Shown here piece by piece: positions 23,769 through 37,044 of a DNA stretch of 64,000 bases. The DNA comes from Euglena gracilis (lineage: Eukaryota): the NCBI GenBank assembly GCA_039621445.1, contig CP154954.1:37495703-37559702 (forward strand), written 5' to 3'. Position 1 is the first letter of the stretch. Each line of letters opens with the position of its first letter. Below the pieces are notes generated by a model. The model did not search any database. It had not been told where the DNA came from and was given only the letters and a program-made list of their open reading frames with translations. Position numbers and translations under genes: made by a program.

Positions 23769-26700
23769 CAGGGGTTTTCTTAAGGACCCGGGGGGGGGGG
23801 GGTCCAGCCTCCGGCTGGCAAAACGGCTGCTGGCTGGAAATGAGCTGCTGGCTGGACCCCCCCCCAGGGATGGATGGGAAGCCTTGAGGGGGGGGGGTCG
23901 GACCCGGGGGGGGGTGGGTCGGACCCCCCCCCTCCTACCTCGAAACTGAGGGGGGGGGGGCGAATTTTTTTTGATTTCATGGACGGGCAAAGGGCCGGAA
24001 ATCGGGTCGGAATCGGTCAAAAAACCCTGATTTTTCTTCGAAAATCGATCCAAAAATGCTCATTTTTTGAATTTTTTTGAACATGTTTTTGGGGAAAACA
24101 CCAACACATCAAAAAAAATGGGCAATATGTCCAAAAGTCAGCAAAAGGGGTGTGTTTTGCTCATTTTCCGGTGCGCAGCGCCGGAAGAAAATTTTCTGGT
24201 ATTTTTGGCACCTGCCAAGGAGGGGGGGTGAGGGGGTCCGGACCCCCCCTCCCAACATCTAGGGGGGGGGGTGGTCCGGACCAGGTTTTGAATACCGGGG
24301 GGGGGAAAAAACCTGACCGGGAACAATTGCCGACGGGAAAAATTCTGCCGGGAAAAATCCTGGACGAATCCTTAAAATGCCGGGAAAAATCCTGGACGCT
24401 CGCTTAAACCTGGTGGGAAAAAATATTGGACAGCTGCAAAAAAAAAACCCCGCAAAGGCGCCGACCATCAATTGAATGAGAAAGCATGGCTGCGCTTGGT
24501 GAAACCAAAAAAAAAGGGTACATTCCACCGGGGTGATAAAACCGCCTTGTTGACAGACATGAAGCGGTTTCCGGTGCACAACTTATGCACAGGGTCTTTT
24601 TTGGGCCGATTTTTGAGAGGAAGAAATATTCCTGCTGCAAATCGGCGCGCAGCGCCAAAGATTTTTTGGGGGGGTCATTCACTGGAGGAAATTGGACTTT
24701 CCTTAAATCTGCCGGGAAAAATCCTGGACGAATCCTTAAAAAGGCGGGAAAAATCCTGGACAAAATTTCGTCCAGAATTTTTCCCACAACATTTTTTCCC
24801 GCACAAGTTTTTTCCCCCCCCGGTAGTGCTGAGCTCTTGATAAGCGCGCACCCACCCCTTCATTGACCCCTCCATACATACCGGCACACCCCATGGAGCT
24901 CTTTTGACTGAAATCCATGTGTTTTGTGCCAGAAACAGGGCGCTGGCGGGTCGAAAAACGCTCGTATTCGGCTCGAAAACAGTTTCTCTGGGTGCGGGAG
25001 GCCAAAAAACATCGTTTCGGGCAAAAAAATTTTTTCGATTTTTTTCGATTTTTTTGACCCGGTTGACCCAAAGTCAATGGGTCGGCGGCCCAAAACGGGG
25101 CGCTGGCGGGTCGAAAAACGCTCGTTTTCGGCTCGAAAACAGTTTTTCCGGGTCCGGGAGGCCAAAAAACATCGTTTTGGGCAAAAAAAATTTTTTCGAT
25201 TTTTTTGACTTTTTTGATCCGGTTTTGACCCAAAGTCAATGGGTCGGCGGCCCAAAACGGGGCGCTGGCGGGTCGAAAAACGCTCGTTTTCGGCTCAAAA
25301 ACAGTTTTTCCAGGTCCGGGAGGCCAAAAAACATCGTTTTGGGCAAAAAAAATTTTTTCGATTTTTTTTGACTTTTTTGACCCGGTTTTGACCCAAAATC
25401 AATGGGTCGGCGGCCCAAAACGGGGCGCCGGCGGGTCGAAAAACGCTCGTTTTCGGCTCAAAAACAGTTTTTCCGGGTCCGGGAGGCCAAAAAACATCGT
25501 TTCGGGCAAAATTTTTTTTTTCGATTTTTCTCGACTTTTTTGACCCGGTTTTGACCCAAAGTCAATGGGTCGGCGGCCCAAAATGGGGCGCCGGCGGGTC
25601 GAAAAACGCCCGTTTTCGGCTCAAAAACAAATTTTCCGGGTCCGGGAGGCCAACAAACATCAAAAAAAAAATTTCCGATTTTTTCGACTTTTTTTGGCCG
25701 AAAACGGCTAAGGCGAACAGAGGGAAAAGTGTACAAAATGCCCTAAAATGGCCTAAATTGGCCGAAAACCGGCCGTATCTCGGGCTGGGCGGGGAGTTGT
25801 GGGGAAACCAAAATCCCAGTAGATAGAGCGTTCCAAGGGCTTTAATTTATGTCTCCGGACATTTCCTTTGATTTTGCATCATTTTGGAGAAATTTTGAAA
25901 ACATCGATTTTTTGACCCCCCCACCCCCCGAAAACGGCTAAGCCGAACAGAGGAAAAGTGTACAAAACGGCCATCCGGGCCGAAAACGGCCGTATCTCGG
26001 GCTAGGCGGGGAGTTGCGGGGAAATCAAAATACCGGTAGATGGGGCGTTCCAAGGGCTTCAAATTAGGTCTCCGGACATTTCCTTTGATTTGGCTTCATT
26101 TTGGAGATATTTTGAAAGTTGACATTTTTGGGCCGAAACGGCAGAGTCCAAAGGGGGGGGGGGCTTATCCAGGGGGGGGGGCGGGTAAATCCTACCGAGT
26201 TTGGACCCCTTCGCGCGTGAATAACTCGGGCCTGGCGGGGAGTTGGGGGTCAAACCCAGGTGATTCGGAAACGAGGAATCCAGTCGCTCGCGACTGAAAA
26301 AAAAAATTCCGGGAACGGGGCCGGGATGATGGTGATAATCCGTCGGTTCCCGAGGTGGCCCCGACCCGGGGGGGGGGCCCCGGGGGGGGGGGGGGGGCGG
26401 GGGGAGGGGGGGGGGTCGAGGGGGGGGTTTCGCCAGGGGTAAGCTTCGCTCTTACCCATAAAGGGATAAGAGCTCAGCGACCCCCCCCTACCACCTTACC
26501 CCCCAGGGGGGGGGGTGGTCGGGCCCCCCCCCCCCTACCACCTACCTCAATACCGAAGGGCTTCCCATCCATCCCCCCCCTGGGGGGATAGGGGGGGAGG
26601 GGGGGTCCGGGGATGGAGGGGGCTGGGCTGGGCTGTGTCGATGAAAAACAAAAATTTCTAGACAATTTTGCCATTTTCGACATTTTGATGAATGGAGCTA

Positions 26701-26957
26701 GATCAAGGCTGGGGGGCTGTGATGGAGGAAGGTGTGATGAGGGGGGAAAATGCAGGGATAGGTGAGCTGGGCAGCCTGGTTGGTTGGCCAGCCTGTGGCC
26801 GGCTGGCCTGGCCTCCGGCTGGACCCGACTTTATTTCACCGACCCCCCCTGGGGGGGACTCCCAGCCCCGATTTGGGCTGCTGGCTGGATTTGAGCTGCT
26901 GGCTGGCTGGACCCCTCCCCGGGGGATGGGGTACCCTCCGGCTTAAGAAAACCCCTG
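23769..26957. mobile_element. 3.2-kb CAG-ended non-autonomous element with nested repeats
   Basis: Perfect 16-bp TIR CAGGGGTTTTCTTAAG/CTTAAGAAAACCCCTG; TSD ACTGGGAT/ACTAGGAT (7/8). Confidence 0.8.
24936..25650. repeat. Tandem satellite, ~163-bp unit, ~4.5 copies
   Basis: GGGCGC(T/C)GGCGGGTCGAAAAACGC recurs near 24938, 25098, 25260, 25423 and 25586. Confidence 0.9.
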
Positions 26958-29288
26958 ACTAGGATCCTGAAGTCTGTGCGACGTGGGGGGGGGTCATAAT
27001 TTTTTTGGTTTGGACCTGGGGAGTCCCCCCCCCCCAGGGCTTTGCAGGTCCCCCGCCAGAGGCAGGGTTTGGGCCATTTTTGGCCTTCTTCGTGCTCAAA
27101 AAATTTTTGAACCCAAAATTGACACCCCAAAAACTTGTCACCTGGATCCCCCCCACACCCTGGTCTTTAACATCTGGTCTGGTCTGGTCTGGTCTGCACG
27201 CTCTGACGAGGAGAAGAAGTGGTGTTCACTGGGATGGTCATGGGGCAAAGGAGGGGAGAAAACCCTAGCCTGCGTAGACAATGCCAGGGACACATAGCTG
27301 GTCACTCTGCGGCACCAAGAGACACCAGACATTCTGGAGCTGATCCGATAAATGCTGCACTTCGCAAACCAAACAAAAGCAATCAGAAACTCAAATGTTG
27401 GTAGCATTTCCAAAGAGTATTCAAGAGAGGCACCTCAAAGCAAATCAATTTTTTTTGAATCCCCCTCGGGTACCAGGGGCAGGGTTCGACGTAAAGGGAA
27501 TTGGGGTTGGACCTCCCTCCAATCTGGGGGAGGGGCTGCCAGGGCCGCCACATGTTCAGGGGGGACGCCCAGGGTGGTCCCTGAGAAAAAAAATTTCCAT
27601 CCCAGCAGATTCAATGAAAAATGCTCAAGGGTGGTCCCTGACGTCCTTATCAAGCGCCCTGGGGTCAAACACCAGAGCAGGGTTCGATACAAAAGCAAAA
27701 ATGGACTTTTGGGTAGATTTTTGGCCGGTTTTGATGAGCAATATTTCTCGCCGGGCCGAAAATCAGTTAACCCCCCCCAAATAATACCCCCCGGGGTGTT
27801 ATTTTTTCGCCCGAAGTCCCGGCCCGAGGGGGGTATTATTTGGGGGGGGGGGGTGTTATTTCCCAAAAATTTTCGAAATTTTTTCAAGTTCTGTAGGAGC
27901 AAAAAGAGCAAAAATAGCGCCAAAACCCCCCTTTGGGGTCATTTTTTGTACTTTCTCATGAAATTTAGCATTCTTTGGAGGTCAGATAATTGATTTTTTT
28001 CGCAATTTGTTGTAAGAGATTGTGAATTTTACCAACATTTTCAGGTCAAAAATCCGGGCCTTTGGCCCGAAACCGGGGGGGGGGGGGTATTATTTCGGCG
28101 GCCGAAGTCGGACCCCGAGGGGGGGTATTATTTGGGGTGGTATTATTTGGGGGGGGGGGTATTATTTGGGTTTACCCAGATCGCGCCACTGTCAGGTGGG
28201 GGGAGTATCTACTCCCCAGGATCATTGCAAAAAGCCTGAAATGGGAACATTTTTCTCGTGAACAAATGAAATCATTCAGTGTCTTTTGTGCACGTGGGCG
28301 GCAAATGGTGGATCAATCCAATACCAAAATGACAAAAAGAAAATATGGCTTTGACACATACCCCAGATTCTTCTTTGTTTGTTTTCAGCATATATTGTCC
28401 CCCACATGTTTTGGGAATGTTCACTTGACAGGGGGGAACCAGCAATGTAGGCCAAACAAGAGGTTTTGTTTGGACCAAATTTTGCAAAAAGCTTTTGCCA
28501 AAACTTTCCAGAAAATATCAACATGCCCCATTGATATGGGGCAGGTTTTGAAACAACATAATCCAATGATATTTGCATCTGCGGCATTTTATTTTGAAAC
28601 CGGTTATTCCAAAAACCCAGATTTCCCAAAAACCTCAAAATTTGCACAAAAACAATTTGTTCCCGGGGAATGACTCCGTTTGGTGCATCTTCTTTGAACT
28701 ATCACATACTCCTTCAAAACTATTATTTATAACTTTTGTATTTTTTCTGCTTGAAGGAGCAATGCACATTATGGGGATGGATGTGAAATGCTGCCAAAAA
28801 GTATTGAAAAGCCATGCTTGCATCGGTGTAAATGGAGCAAGATGCCCAGTTGAATAGAACTGGAAAGCAAATAGCCTTGATGGGATGAGACAAGAAGAGG
28901 AACAAAACTGCTGTTGCATACACACCACAACCCTCTTCCTTCCACTCTCCGGACCGGCACGCGCGTGTTCCAAAGATGATTCTAACTTTTGTGGCGTTTT
29001 ATCTCAGCATTGTCTTGTTCCCCCCCCAATTATTCCTGGAATATGTGGATACACCAGGAGAGGAAACATAAACACCTCAGAATGCAATTCAAAACAAGCA
29101 AAATGTGCAAAAAAAACACAAAACACAAAAAAAAATGCAAAAGGGCACAAAATCATTCAGGGATTTCTTGGGGATGCACACTTTTCGACTCAAGAACATT
29201 TTCACCTACGCCAGAAAAATTTAAGATTCTTGCAACACAATGCATATTGATCAATGCATTCATTGAAAATTTCATTCACACCATTCTA

Positions 29289-29668
29289 AACCCCCCCTAA
29301 TAAGTGCACGGGTGCGCGCATTTTAAGGTAGTTTCGGACCCGAAGGGGTGCGCACTTATTAGGGCAGTGCGCACTGTTTAGGGCAAAGCCGAAAATACTC
29401 TCGTTTCCCCCACTCTTTTTCAATTTTCTCCCATTTTGTGATTTCAAGCTATGAGTCGCGTGATTATGTCTCAAATTTGGGCAGACGATAGAAATATTTG
29501 GTTTAGAAAGACAATTCTGAGAATTGTGTGTGCTTTCCAACCTGAGATGTTACCGTGATTTCTCCTTGGGGAGTTCACTTTCTAGGGAGGTAATTTCGGA
29601 ACCTTGGGGGAGCACTTATTAGGGAACTGCGCACGATTGGGGAACCGCGCACTTATTAGGGGGGGGTT
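29289..29668. mobile_element. TA-flanked MITE (Tc1/mariner/pogo-like)
   Basis: TA|AACCCCCCCTAATAAGTGC ... GCACTTATTAGGGGGGGGTT|TA. Confidence 0.75.
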
Positions 29669-31385
29669 TACCAAAAAACATTGCATAGAAATATGAGCCA
29701 AAAAATGTTTTGCACATTTTTTTTAAAACAAAAATGCGCAAAAATGTGCAAAAAATGTCCGTTATTAAAAAAATCAGCACAAAAAGTCAAAAAAAATCAT
29801 GCAAAAATAACACAAAAAGAAACACCAAGAGGAAAGTTACCAAAAGGAAGCATGGTCCAATCCAGCTAAAATCCAGGTCAGTTGGACCGATTTTGTTTTG
29901 AAATAAACCCCCCAGAAAACTATTCAAAATGGCCATTTTTTTGTGCTTTGCGGTGCTTTGCGCTTTTCCAGCCACTCCAAGTTTATTTCAGCAGATCCTG
30001 GAGGGTGGTCTTCAGCCTGGCTAGGAGCTGAAGAATGTTGCCTGGCTGGACGCCCCCCTCCCCTGGAGGCAGGGTCAGTTCCATGCCCTCCCAAAACGTG
30101 TTGCTGCCCAAACACCCTTTGCTTTGGACTGCTGAACAGGAATTAAAATTAAAACCCATTTTTCTGGGCCCGCGGCCTGTCTTGATTTCTACTGACTTAA
30201 ACGGAATTCAAACTGAAATTGTTTAGGTCAGTCAATTTCCATTCAGGCGCCGTTTAGGTCAGTCGATTTCCATTCAATTGAAATCTGTTGCTGGTCAGAT
30301 TCGGAATTTTTGGTGAAATTTTGGACGTTTTGTATTTCCACGTTTTTGGTCCTGTGGGGTTCTGGAAACTATTTGGACCGACAAAGGCTGAATTTTGCAG
30401 TCAGATGATCATAACTGGCTGAACTCAGGATGTCCATTTTCATTTTCTGGAAATTCAGAATAAACATTTCTGTACAATTTGGCCAGATTCAGCTGTCATC
30501 ACTGGTCGTCTGAAAGAGAATCTTTTGATCGAGGGGTGATTTTGCAACTGTTAAAACCTGTTTTCTGGGACTGACGCCTGTCTTGCAATTCTACTGACAT
30601 TAAGGGGTTTCAGGCTGAAATTGTTTTGTCGATCCCGATCTCAATGGTCTAAACTCAGAATTTAAATTTCATTGGTCAAGAATTTGGGGAAATCTGGGTT
30701 TTGCCAAAAAATGCCCAAAATAGAACAAAAAAGGTTGGTCGATTTCCAAGACATTGGAATCTGTTTAGGTCAATCGATTTCCATTCAGGCGCCCGTATAG
30801 GTCGGTCGATTTCCATTCAGGCGCCCGTTAATGGGCCAAAAACCACTTTTTTTTTTTGGCTATTTCCGTCCACGCGGTTCGGTCAAATGAAATTCAAGAC
30901 AGGCGTGCGGGCCCAGACAAAATAGGTTTTAGAAAAATCGACCGACATTAACCAGGTCACCCAAGCCACTTTTGACAACCCCTGGCCGACCCCCCCTGGG
31001 GGGGGGGGTTGGGCTCAAAACCAGTCAGTCAACCCCCAGGGGTTGGCCAGTGCTTCAGCAATTGACTGCATCCAACCCAATTAGAAAAAAAACTTATGAG
31101 TCACTTTGTGTGTGAAAAAACAAACAAAACTGAGAACCTTAGACAGAAAAAATTAAGCAGAAACATAAGGGAAATGATGTGAGACCTTGGAATAAGCACC
31201 CTGGGTGAAAAATCACAAAATGCCATCAATATACACTTCTGTCTGTTCTGTCAGAGAGAACAGCGGTTTTGAAGAAATGCTGCAAATGCAGGCAAGCAAA
31301 GCATGAGGTCCTTGAGGGGGAAAACACAGCCGACAGCCTCAAAAAATACTCAAAACTGAAAGATCAGCTTCGTCTTTGTCGCTGC

Positions 31386-31484
31386 TCACTGTTTCTCCTT
31401 CTGCTTGTGGAAAGTGATATCCAATGACCTGCCATCTAATGGAAATCCATTGAGTGCCTCAAGTGAGGCCAAGCTTTGACTTAG
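31386..31484 (-). CDS. Two-RRM RNA-binding protein, last coding exon (5' boundary uncertain)
   Basis: LSQSLASLEALNGFPLDGRSLDITFHKQKEKQ* is RRM helix 2 and strand 4. Confidence 0.8.
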   Translation of the reverse strand, partial: LSQSLASLEALNGFPLDGRSLDITFHKQKEKQ

Positions 31485-31532
31485 AACAGCACACAAAATT
31501 AAACCGCCAAGCATAAAGAACTCATAGAATAC

Positions 31533-31547
31533 CTCCAAATAATCCAC
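31533..31547 (-). CDS. Candidate 15-nt micro-exon (VDYLE) of the RRM gene
   Basis: AG|GTG GAT TAT TTG GAG|GT; supplies the residues missing between KGYGF and LSQSLA. Confidence 0.35.
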
Positions 31548-31555
31548 CTCTGAAC

Positions 31556-31857
31556 CAGGGGTTTTTTGAAGACCGGGGGGGGGAGGGGGGTCCCCCCCAC
31601 CCACCCACCCCCCTGGGGGGGCCCCCCGGGGGGGGGGAGGGGGTCCCGGGGGACCCACAAAAAATGGCCGAAAAATCGCGAAAAGTGCTAAAAATAGAAT
31701 TTTTTCGGCGCCTGCGGCGCCGAAAAGTATATCCCACCCCCCTCCGGGGGGACCCCCCCCTCCGGGGGGACCCCCCCCGGGGGGGGGGGGTCCGGCGGAC
31801 CCACCCACCCTACCCCCCCCCTCCCCCCCCGGGGGTCCAAACTTAAAAAAATCCCTG
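31556..31857. mobile_element. CAG-ended MITE with 8-bp TSD (same family as 22452)
   Basis: CAGGGGTTTTTT...AAAAAATCCCTG; perfect TSD CTCTGAAC (31548-31555, 31858-31865). Confidence 0.92.
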
Positions 31858-34033
31858 CTCTGAACACAACCAAACAAATCTCCATATAAAATAATTACTC
31901 TCACAAACCGAAATAAACATACATCCATTTTCCTTGCTTCCTTTCCATCTATGTGGCATGGGATATTGTGAAAATTGCACCTTTGTCTCACAATTTTTCA
32001 TATTTGCTCATTTTATGATGTTTGTTTTCATATTTTTGTGAGTTTTCAATCTGTTTCAAAATTGGGGGTTTTTCCTGTTTTCTCCCTCAGCATGAGATTT
32101 GTCAAAAAAAACCTTTTTTTGCTTCTGGAAAAAATTTTCTTCATTTTTTCCCTTTGTGCTGAAGACAATGGCTATCAAGCTGTGACGGGCTTGACTTTTA
32201 ATGAAATAAATGTCGCTGAAACAGTGAAATTAACTCAAAGAGAAAGACATTGACTTCAATTCTGAATCCACCATCAAATACCCTCAACCCCCCCAGATTG
32301 TCCCCTGCCCCAAAATGGCCATTCGGCCTGGAAGAAGTTTTGAACCCCCCGTGCCAGATTGGCAAAATTGGCCGGCGCTGGGGGGTCAGGTTGGGCCAAA
32401 CAGAGGAGGGTAAGGTTGGGGGTGGCCAAATTCGGCCCACACAGCTCCGGGAGTCAATAACCAGGGGCAGGGGGGGTCAATACCCGGGGGAGGGGATAAA
32501 CAAAACTCCTTTGGTGCCAAAAGCAACGAAAGCACCAAAATTTCCGACAACAACAAAATAAAGAGTAAAGCTTGGGACAAAATCAAAAAGAATTATTGCC
32601 CCAACTACCAATGACTGTTTAAAAAGAATACTCAAACAAGAAACAATAAATCTTGAGCGACAAAAGAAAAATGTGCAAAATTGGGTGGTCCATGGTGGTC
32701 CATAACATGTGGAGCGACGCGCCAGGAGGTGAGAAATTTTGGTCCAGCGTTCGCGCAGGACCTGAAATGGTTTGATTTTGGGCCCCCTTCCTTATGTGAA
32801 AGCCCCAATTGCGTACATTTTATTCTTCTGGAACAAGGCGCTGCAATTGCAAAAAAAAAAACCCGAAATTTCCCCTCAATTTTTTTTGTATTCACAGAAG
32901 CGAAGCAGGAAATATAGGGATTCTCTCCAGCCGGATGTTTTCGAAGGGCCTCAAGGGGTTTTAAAGTTTGGAGAGGGGGTCAGGGCAGGTTTCTTGTTCG
33001 GATTTTCAAATATGAGACCCCACTTCCAGCCTTCACTTTGCCTTGTTTTCTTTTTCTTGTCAAAAATCAGGCCACCGAGAAGAGGACATATAGTCGACAG
33101 TGGCAAGACCTTATCCGCATTGGCTAAGCTGATCTCGACATTCCCTCGAAATCTTGGCTGAAAAAAAACAACCCACCTGGATTTGGGCCTTTTTGCCTGT
33201 TTCTGGGTTCCCGCCGGGTCCAGCCCAGTAGCTGGTAGGACCTCCCCTGGATCTCCTCCTCCCCGAGGGGTGGCAGAGCCTAACACCTTTTTCCAGCCAT
33301 CCATTCCCTGACAGAAACCCAGGGACAACTGCCCAGGGACATTCAAATTCCATCATTTTGCGGGGTTTTTTGGAAATTTCAGCATTTTGGCGGATTTGCA
33401 CTTTTCCACCAGAATCCCAAGACAACCTAAGATTGCGCGATCCAGTTCAGTTTGCCCAGTCAGATTGTTGCAGGTGAACAGAAACCCCCAAAAAAGTTTC
33501 AAAAAGGCTACTTTGGTCATTTTGATTCCTTTTTTCAGTTGAATCCAGCTTCGGCAGGCTGCAAAAAGTTTATTGCCGCTCGACCCCTTGGGGGCAGGAA
33601 GGCCTGGTGGGGGGGGGGGTCGGACCCCCCCACCCCGGAGGTGGGGGGGGGGGGCCGAAAATGTTGCTTTAGAAGAGGTTGCTTGTACCCTGGAGTTTGC
33701 TGTCAGAGAAAAATTTTGGAAGAGGATGTCTAGTGTGGCCATCTGTGTGAATGTTTGACATTCCAATGCGAGACATTGAGGAACAGCTTTGGAGCAGTTA
33801 TTTGGAAGATTCCTTCGCCTCCCATTTGTGAAACTTTGAGAGATAGCTTTGCCCCACTTTTTGGATGGAAGATGCGAAGTCATCTTGTACGATTAATATG
33901 CAGACCCTTGAAGACATTCCCACCAACTCCATGTGAATCTTAACATCTGCTGTGAAATTTTCAGTTCCTTGGTTCAGATTGTTTCAGACAGGTTTCCCTG
34001 CAAAATTGTCCATCAGGGCCTAAATTTCATGGG

Positions 34034-34286
34034 CAGGGGTTTTTTTAAGACCGGGGGGGGGGTCCCCCCACCCACCCACCCCCTGGGGGGGGGGGGGTCC
34101 CGGGGGACCCACAAAAAATGGCCGAAAAAACGCGAAAAGTGCTAAAAAAATAGCACTTTTTCAGCGCCTTCGGCGCCAAAAAGTATATCCCACCCCCCTC
34201 CGGGGGGACCCCCCCCGGGGGGGGGCTCGGCCGGACCCACCCACCCTACCCCCCCCCCCGGGGGTCCATGACTAAAAAAACCCCTG
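34034..34286. mobile_element. CAG-ended MITE with 8-bp TSD (same family)
   Basis: Perfect TSD TTCATGGG (34026-34033, 34287-34294); internal sequence matches the 22452 copy. Confidence 0.92.
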
Positions 34287-37044
34287 TTCATGGGTCAGAG
34301 GGGCCAATTATTCATGTCCCCGGGGGCCCTAAAGATACGTCCTCCATTCTCCCATTTCCTGCCCGGTGGGGGCCAACGAAAATGTCCGGCCGGGTCCAAC
34401 AATTGTGTCCGTCGGCTCTAAGGCGGGACCCCACCATTGCCCTCCGGGAGGCGGGGGTCCAGCCAGCCAGCCAGCACTTTTTTTCCCAGTCAGCAGCTCC
34501 AAGTTGGGCTGCAACCCCCCCCTTTCCGCGGGCACCGATTTTTAGGTCAAAATTTTCCTTCGGCGCCGAAGGAATTCTCTTTGAGCAGGTGCCATGGTGG
34601 GTGGGGGGGTCATGGTGGGTTTTGTGATCACTGCGCATCATGCAAGCCAGAGGCAACCGCTAATATGACGAGACGCACTGCTTTTAAACATTTGGGGCTC
34701 TAAATTAAAAAAAAACCAAAAACGGTTTTTGGGTTTTTTTTTTGTGATCCTCTTTTTTCAAAAAAAAAAACGCCAGCTGTGGAACCAGACAGGTCCTGGA
34801 CATCCTCAACCCTATCCTATGTACCAAACCAAACTTGTCCACCTAAAAATTCACAAAAAATGTCTTTTCCAGAATAAATTGTTGCTTTTCCAGGAACCTC
34901 ACCAACCTGTCACAAATGATTTTCCAACATTCAGGAAAAAACGGCTCCGTGGTTCATCACCAGGTGATCTAGGACGCAAAATGGATATCATCTGGATTTG
35001 ATGAATCACAAATCGTTCTGGTTGACGAACGTGCAATATCATTCACTTAAAATGTTTGTTTCAGACCTTTGTTTTGTGAAACCCGACAAAAGAAAATCTC
35101 TGTTTTCCGGGGTTTGTTATTCTAAAGAAGTGGCCCGGGTGGCATTTCCCCTCCCTCATTGGCCAAAGAAGGGGTGCAGCCCGCCAAGAGGCGGTGTCAA
35201 TGCAACCAATTTACCCTTGAAGTGTTTATACGTCTGCACCTCACAACCCAATGGCAATTAAACAGTTCGTGGAGGTCTAGTCTGCTCCTTGCAGTCTTTT
35301 CCATCCACCCAGAAAAACGTCATTGGTCTCACACAGAAGGGTCCACGGGGGCTCAACAAAAATGTCTTTGGGGGTCTAAATTTCTCGTCCATCGGGGATC
35401 AATAATTGTGTCCGTTCCTCGGGAATGTGTCCGTGAGGGACAACAAAACTTGGCCGGGAGGGATCTTCATTTGTCCAAAATTCCCTACTCGGGTGTCCGC
35501 TAGCTGTAAGAAAATCCCTGGTTGTCATGCAGCCCCCCCCCCCACCCCACCCCAGGAGGCTGTCCTAAAGATTTTCACATATTTTCCACACGCTGTATAA
35601 ATGGGTTGCTGGTCAGAGTTGTAAGAACCCATGGGAGTGTGGGGGATAACAGCAACTACCACGTTGGGGCGCTTCTGAGGATCCTCTGTGTCAAAGCTTG
35701 TCTGCAGCCCTTGCATCAGCTGCCCTCATGAATTTTGTTGGTAGCCCCCTTAATCAAGAAAACCTTCATCAAAATAAACCACGCACTCATTACCCCATTA
35801 CTCCAGCATGGGGCTCGCATAGGGGGGCAGGGTATTAATGAGAGAGGGGAGGGGGGAGGGGGGTAGTCCTGGACCCCCTCCCCACTGGGCTTAAAAAAAA
35901 ACCGGTGAAGCGCGGAAAAAATTTTGAGGGGCCTCAAAAAATGCCCAAAATTGTGTTTTCAGGTGATTTTTTCTCCAAAATGACAACGGCCCTGGGGGGA
36001 AGGGGGGTGGTCTGGACCCCCCCCTCCCCCGCACAAAACCAACGCTCACTTGATACCCTGCGGGGGGGGGGGGGGGGGGGGTTCGTTATAAAAGCAGGTG
36101 GGCATGGACAAAAAAACTTTGACCGCCAGAATTTTCCCAGAATATTTTCAGCACATGTTTGGGCAAAAATTTGTCGAAAATGCAAAAAAAATCCTGCGCA
36201 AAACGGCAGAAGGAACAAATTTGCGCTTTTAGGTGGGGGATGGTCCCGGGTACTCCCTCTCCTGGGTGGATCAGACAAGAAGGAGGAGATTGAAAACCAC
36301 ATTATTCCAGCCAAATCAGAAAGAAATACACCTCAAACTTTGGACCACATGCTCCCCATCCCCAATACAGCAAAAAAACAGAGCGTTTTGTGAAAAGAAC
36401 ACGCACACATGTCAAAATGTGGGTGTTTCGTGCATTTTAATAGATACCTGAGTCAGACAGTACACAATTTTGGCAATCTTTTGGTCTCTTGAACCATTTG
36501 ATAAGAGAGGGTTGAGACAGAGAACACTTGGCGCATAAAACAGAGTGTTTCCACGTCAACAGAAGTCCAAAAAGCCTGACTTTTTACACCCGGCGCAAAG
36601 TGCCGAAGGTTTTTTGGGCCGCACACAAGGGTACCCAATTAGAACCCCCCTCCCCGGGTTTTCTGCAGACTGACCAAATAGCAGCCCCTGGGGGCTTCAA
36701 ATTGGGGGGTGGTTTATGTCCACACACGGCAGTAGGAACCTGGTGGGTGGGCAAGGGGGTGGGGGGGGGTAATGGTGGCGGTGGTGCTGGTAGGATTATT
36801 GAATTGCATTGTACCTTCCCTGACAAGTCTGAGGATTTGAACTCACAGACAGCCAGCATGGTCCGGGAACAGAATGATCCTCCCCCAAATTATTGTGTGT
36901 GTGTGTGTGTGCCCGACGGGGGGGGGTCATACCCTGACCTGTAACCCCCGACCGGGGGGGGGGTCGCGCAACCAGGTGCCAAAAAAAACCTGGTTATTTC
37001 AGGTCAACTGCAACCCCCCCCGAGGGGGGCTGCTGCTGCTGTTA

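Noticed and set aside
16600-31300. Many Gly/Pro/Lys/Phe-rich ORFs as genes
   Set aside because: They are translations of homopolymer-rich MITEs and satellites; no supportable exons were found, though small ones could be missed.
32640-33160. Possible hAT transposase fragment on the minus strand (WRESLYFLLRF)
   Set aside because: A single loose resemblance to the TRWNS motif amid stop codons.
34900-35330. Possible piggyBac-like C-terminal Cys-rich remnant (HWP...RRCQC...VCS)
   Set aside because: Requires several frameshifts and no catalytic region is recognisable.
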